A stretch of 64,000 bases of DNA from Cyanobacteriota bacterium (lineage in GTDB: Bacteria; Cyanobacteriota; Cyanobacteriia; Cyanobacteriales; Nostocaceae). Made by a program: the position numbers and the translations under genes. The DNA lies in assembly GCA_046045965.1 (NCBI GenBank), contig JBJOKS010000001.1, positions 1 to 64,000 of the forward strand, given 5' to 3'. The notes beneath the pieces are model-generated. The model ran no database searches. It was not told the DNA's origin and saw only the letters and a program-made list of their open reading frames with translations. Shown here piece after piece: positions 63,687 to 64,000 of the stretch; the first letter of the stretch is position 1, and each line of letters starts with the position of its first letter.

Positions 63687-63758
63687 TAACACAGTTGTTC
63701 TGTATCAACATCTCAAAGATATTTTCTTTCCCTCTCTGCACCTCTGCGTGAGTAAAGC

Positions 63759-64000
63759 TTATTCCACCACATCAAACCAAATAGGCGTTAAATCATCAAC
63801 CGTGCCATTATAGTTAATAGTAATTTCTTCACCTTTCCTGATATTTTTATAAGCAATAATTTCAATTATACTTTTAGCAAAATTTTTAAGATACAGCGCA
63901 TTAGGATGATAAGAATGATTAAACAGTGAAGCATACCCTAAAGCGATCGCTCCACTTTCTCCATACCAAGAAAAATAATAATTACATAATACTGTATGAG
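63759..64000 (-). CDS. SET domain protein (3' part; runs off the window)
   Basis: Manual translation ...ALGYASLFNHSYHPNA...IRKGEEITINYNG...WFDVVE*. Confidence 0.85.
   Translation of the reverse strand, partial: HTVLCNYYFSWYGESGAIALGYASLFNHSYHPNALYLKNFAKSIIEIIAYKNIRKGEEITINYNGTVDDLTPIWFDVVE

Overview
AT-rich chromosomal window from a heterocyst-forming cyanobacterium (Nostocales, Anabaena/Dolichospermum-like). This is inferred from abundant HIP1 octamers (GCGATCGC), heptameric STRR arrays, a clear patA orthologue and the cpc operon. Core loci: GH57, grpE-dnaK-[tnpB]-dnaJ-tusA-rsgA, pilB-pilT-pilC, bioU, tRNA-His, chelatase-cobA, patA, rluD, cpcBACDEF-G1-G2-G4, cimA, fused thiO-thiG, psb34/psb35-like small genes, a TPR protein and an ABC ATPase. 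Accessory material: (1) an intact-looking IS200/IS605 tnpB sitting 54 bp upstream of dnaJ; (2) two toxin-antitoxin patches in which toxins are repeatedly broken while antitoxins persist, the larger one next to tRNA-His and divided into cassettes by HIP1-anchored repeats; (3) an uncharacterised 36-46 kb cluster with two asparagine-synthetase-like ligases lacking the N-terminal Cys, a DAP-decarboxylase homologue lacking the PLP Schiff-base Lys, a membrane-anchored TopoVI-like TOPRIM protein, a nucleoside phosphorylase-like protein and an ATP-grasp ligase, which is the best candidate for an undescribed system; (4) a PecS/UrtR-type MarR regulon with visible operators; (5) an orphan CIRCE element between inverted MITEs; (6) many MITE/REP/SDR repeats, some inserted in frame in proteins. 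All family calls come from motif reading and recall, with no database searches.
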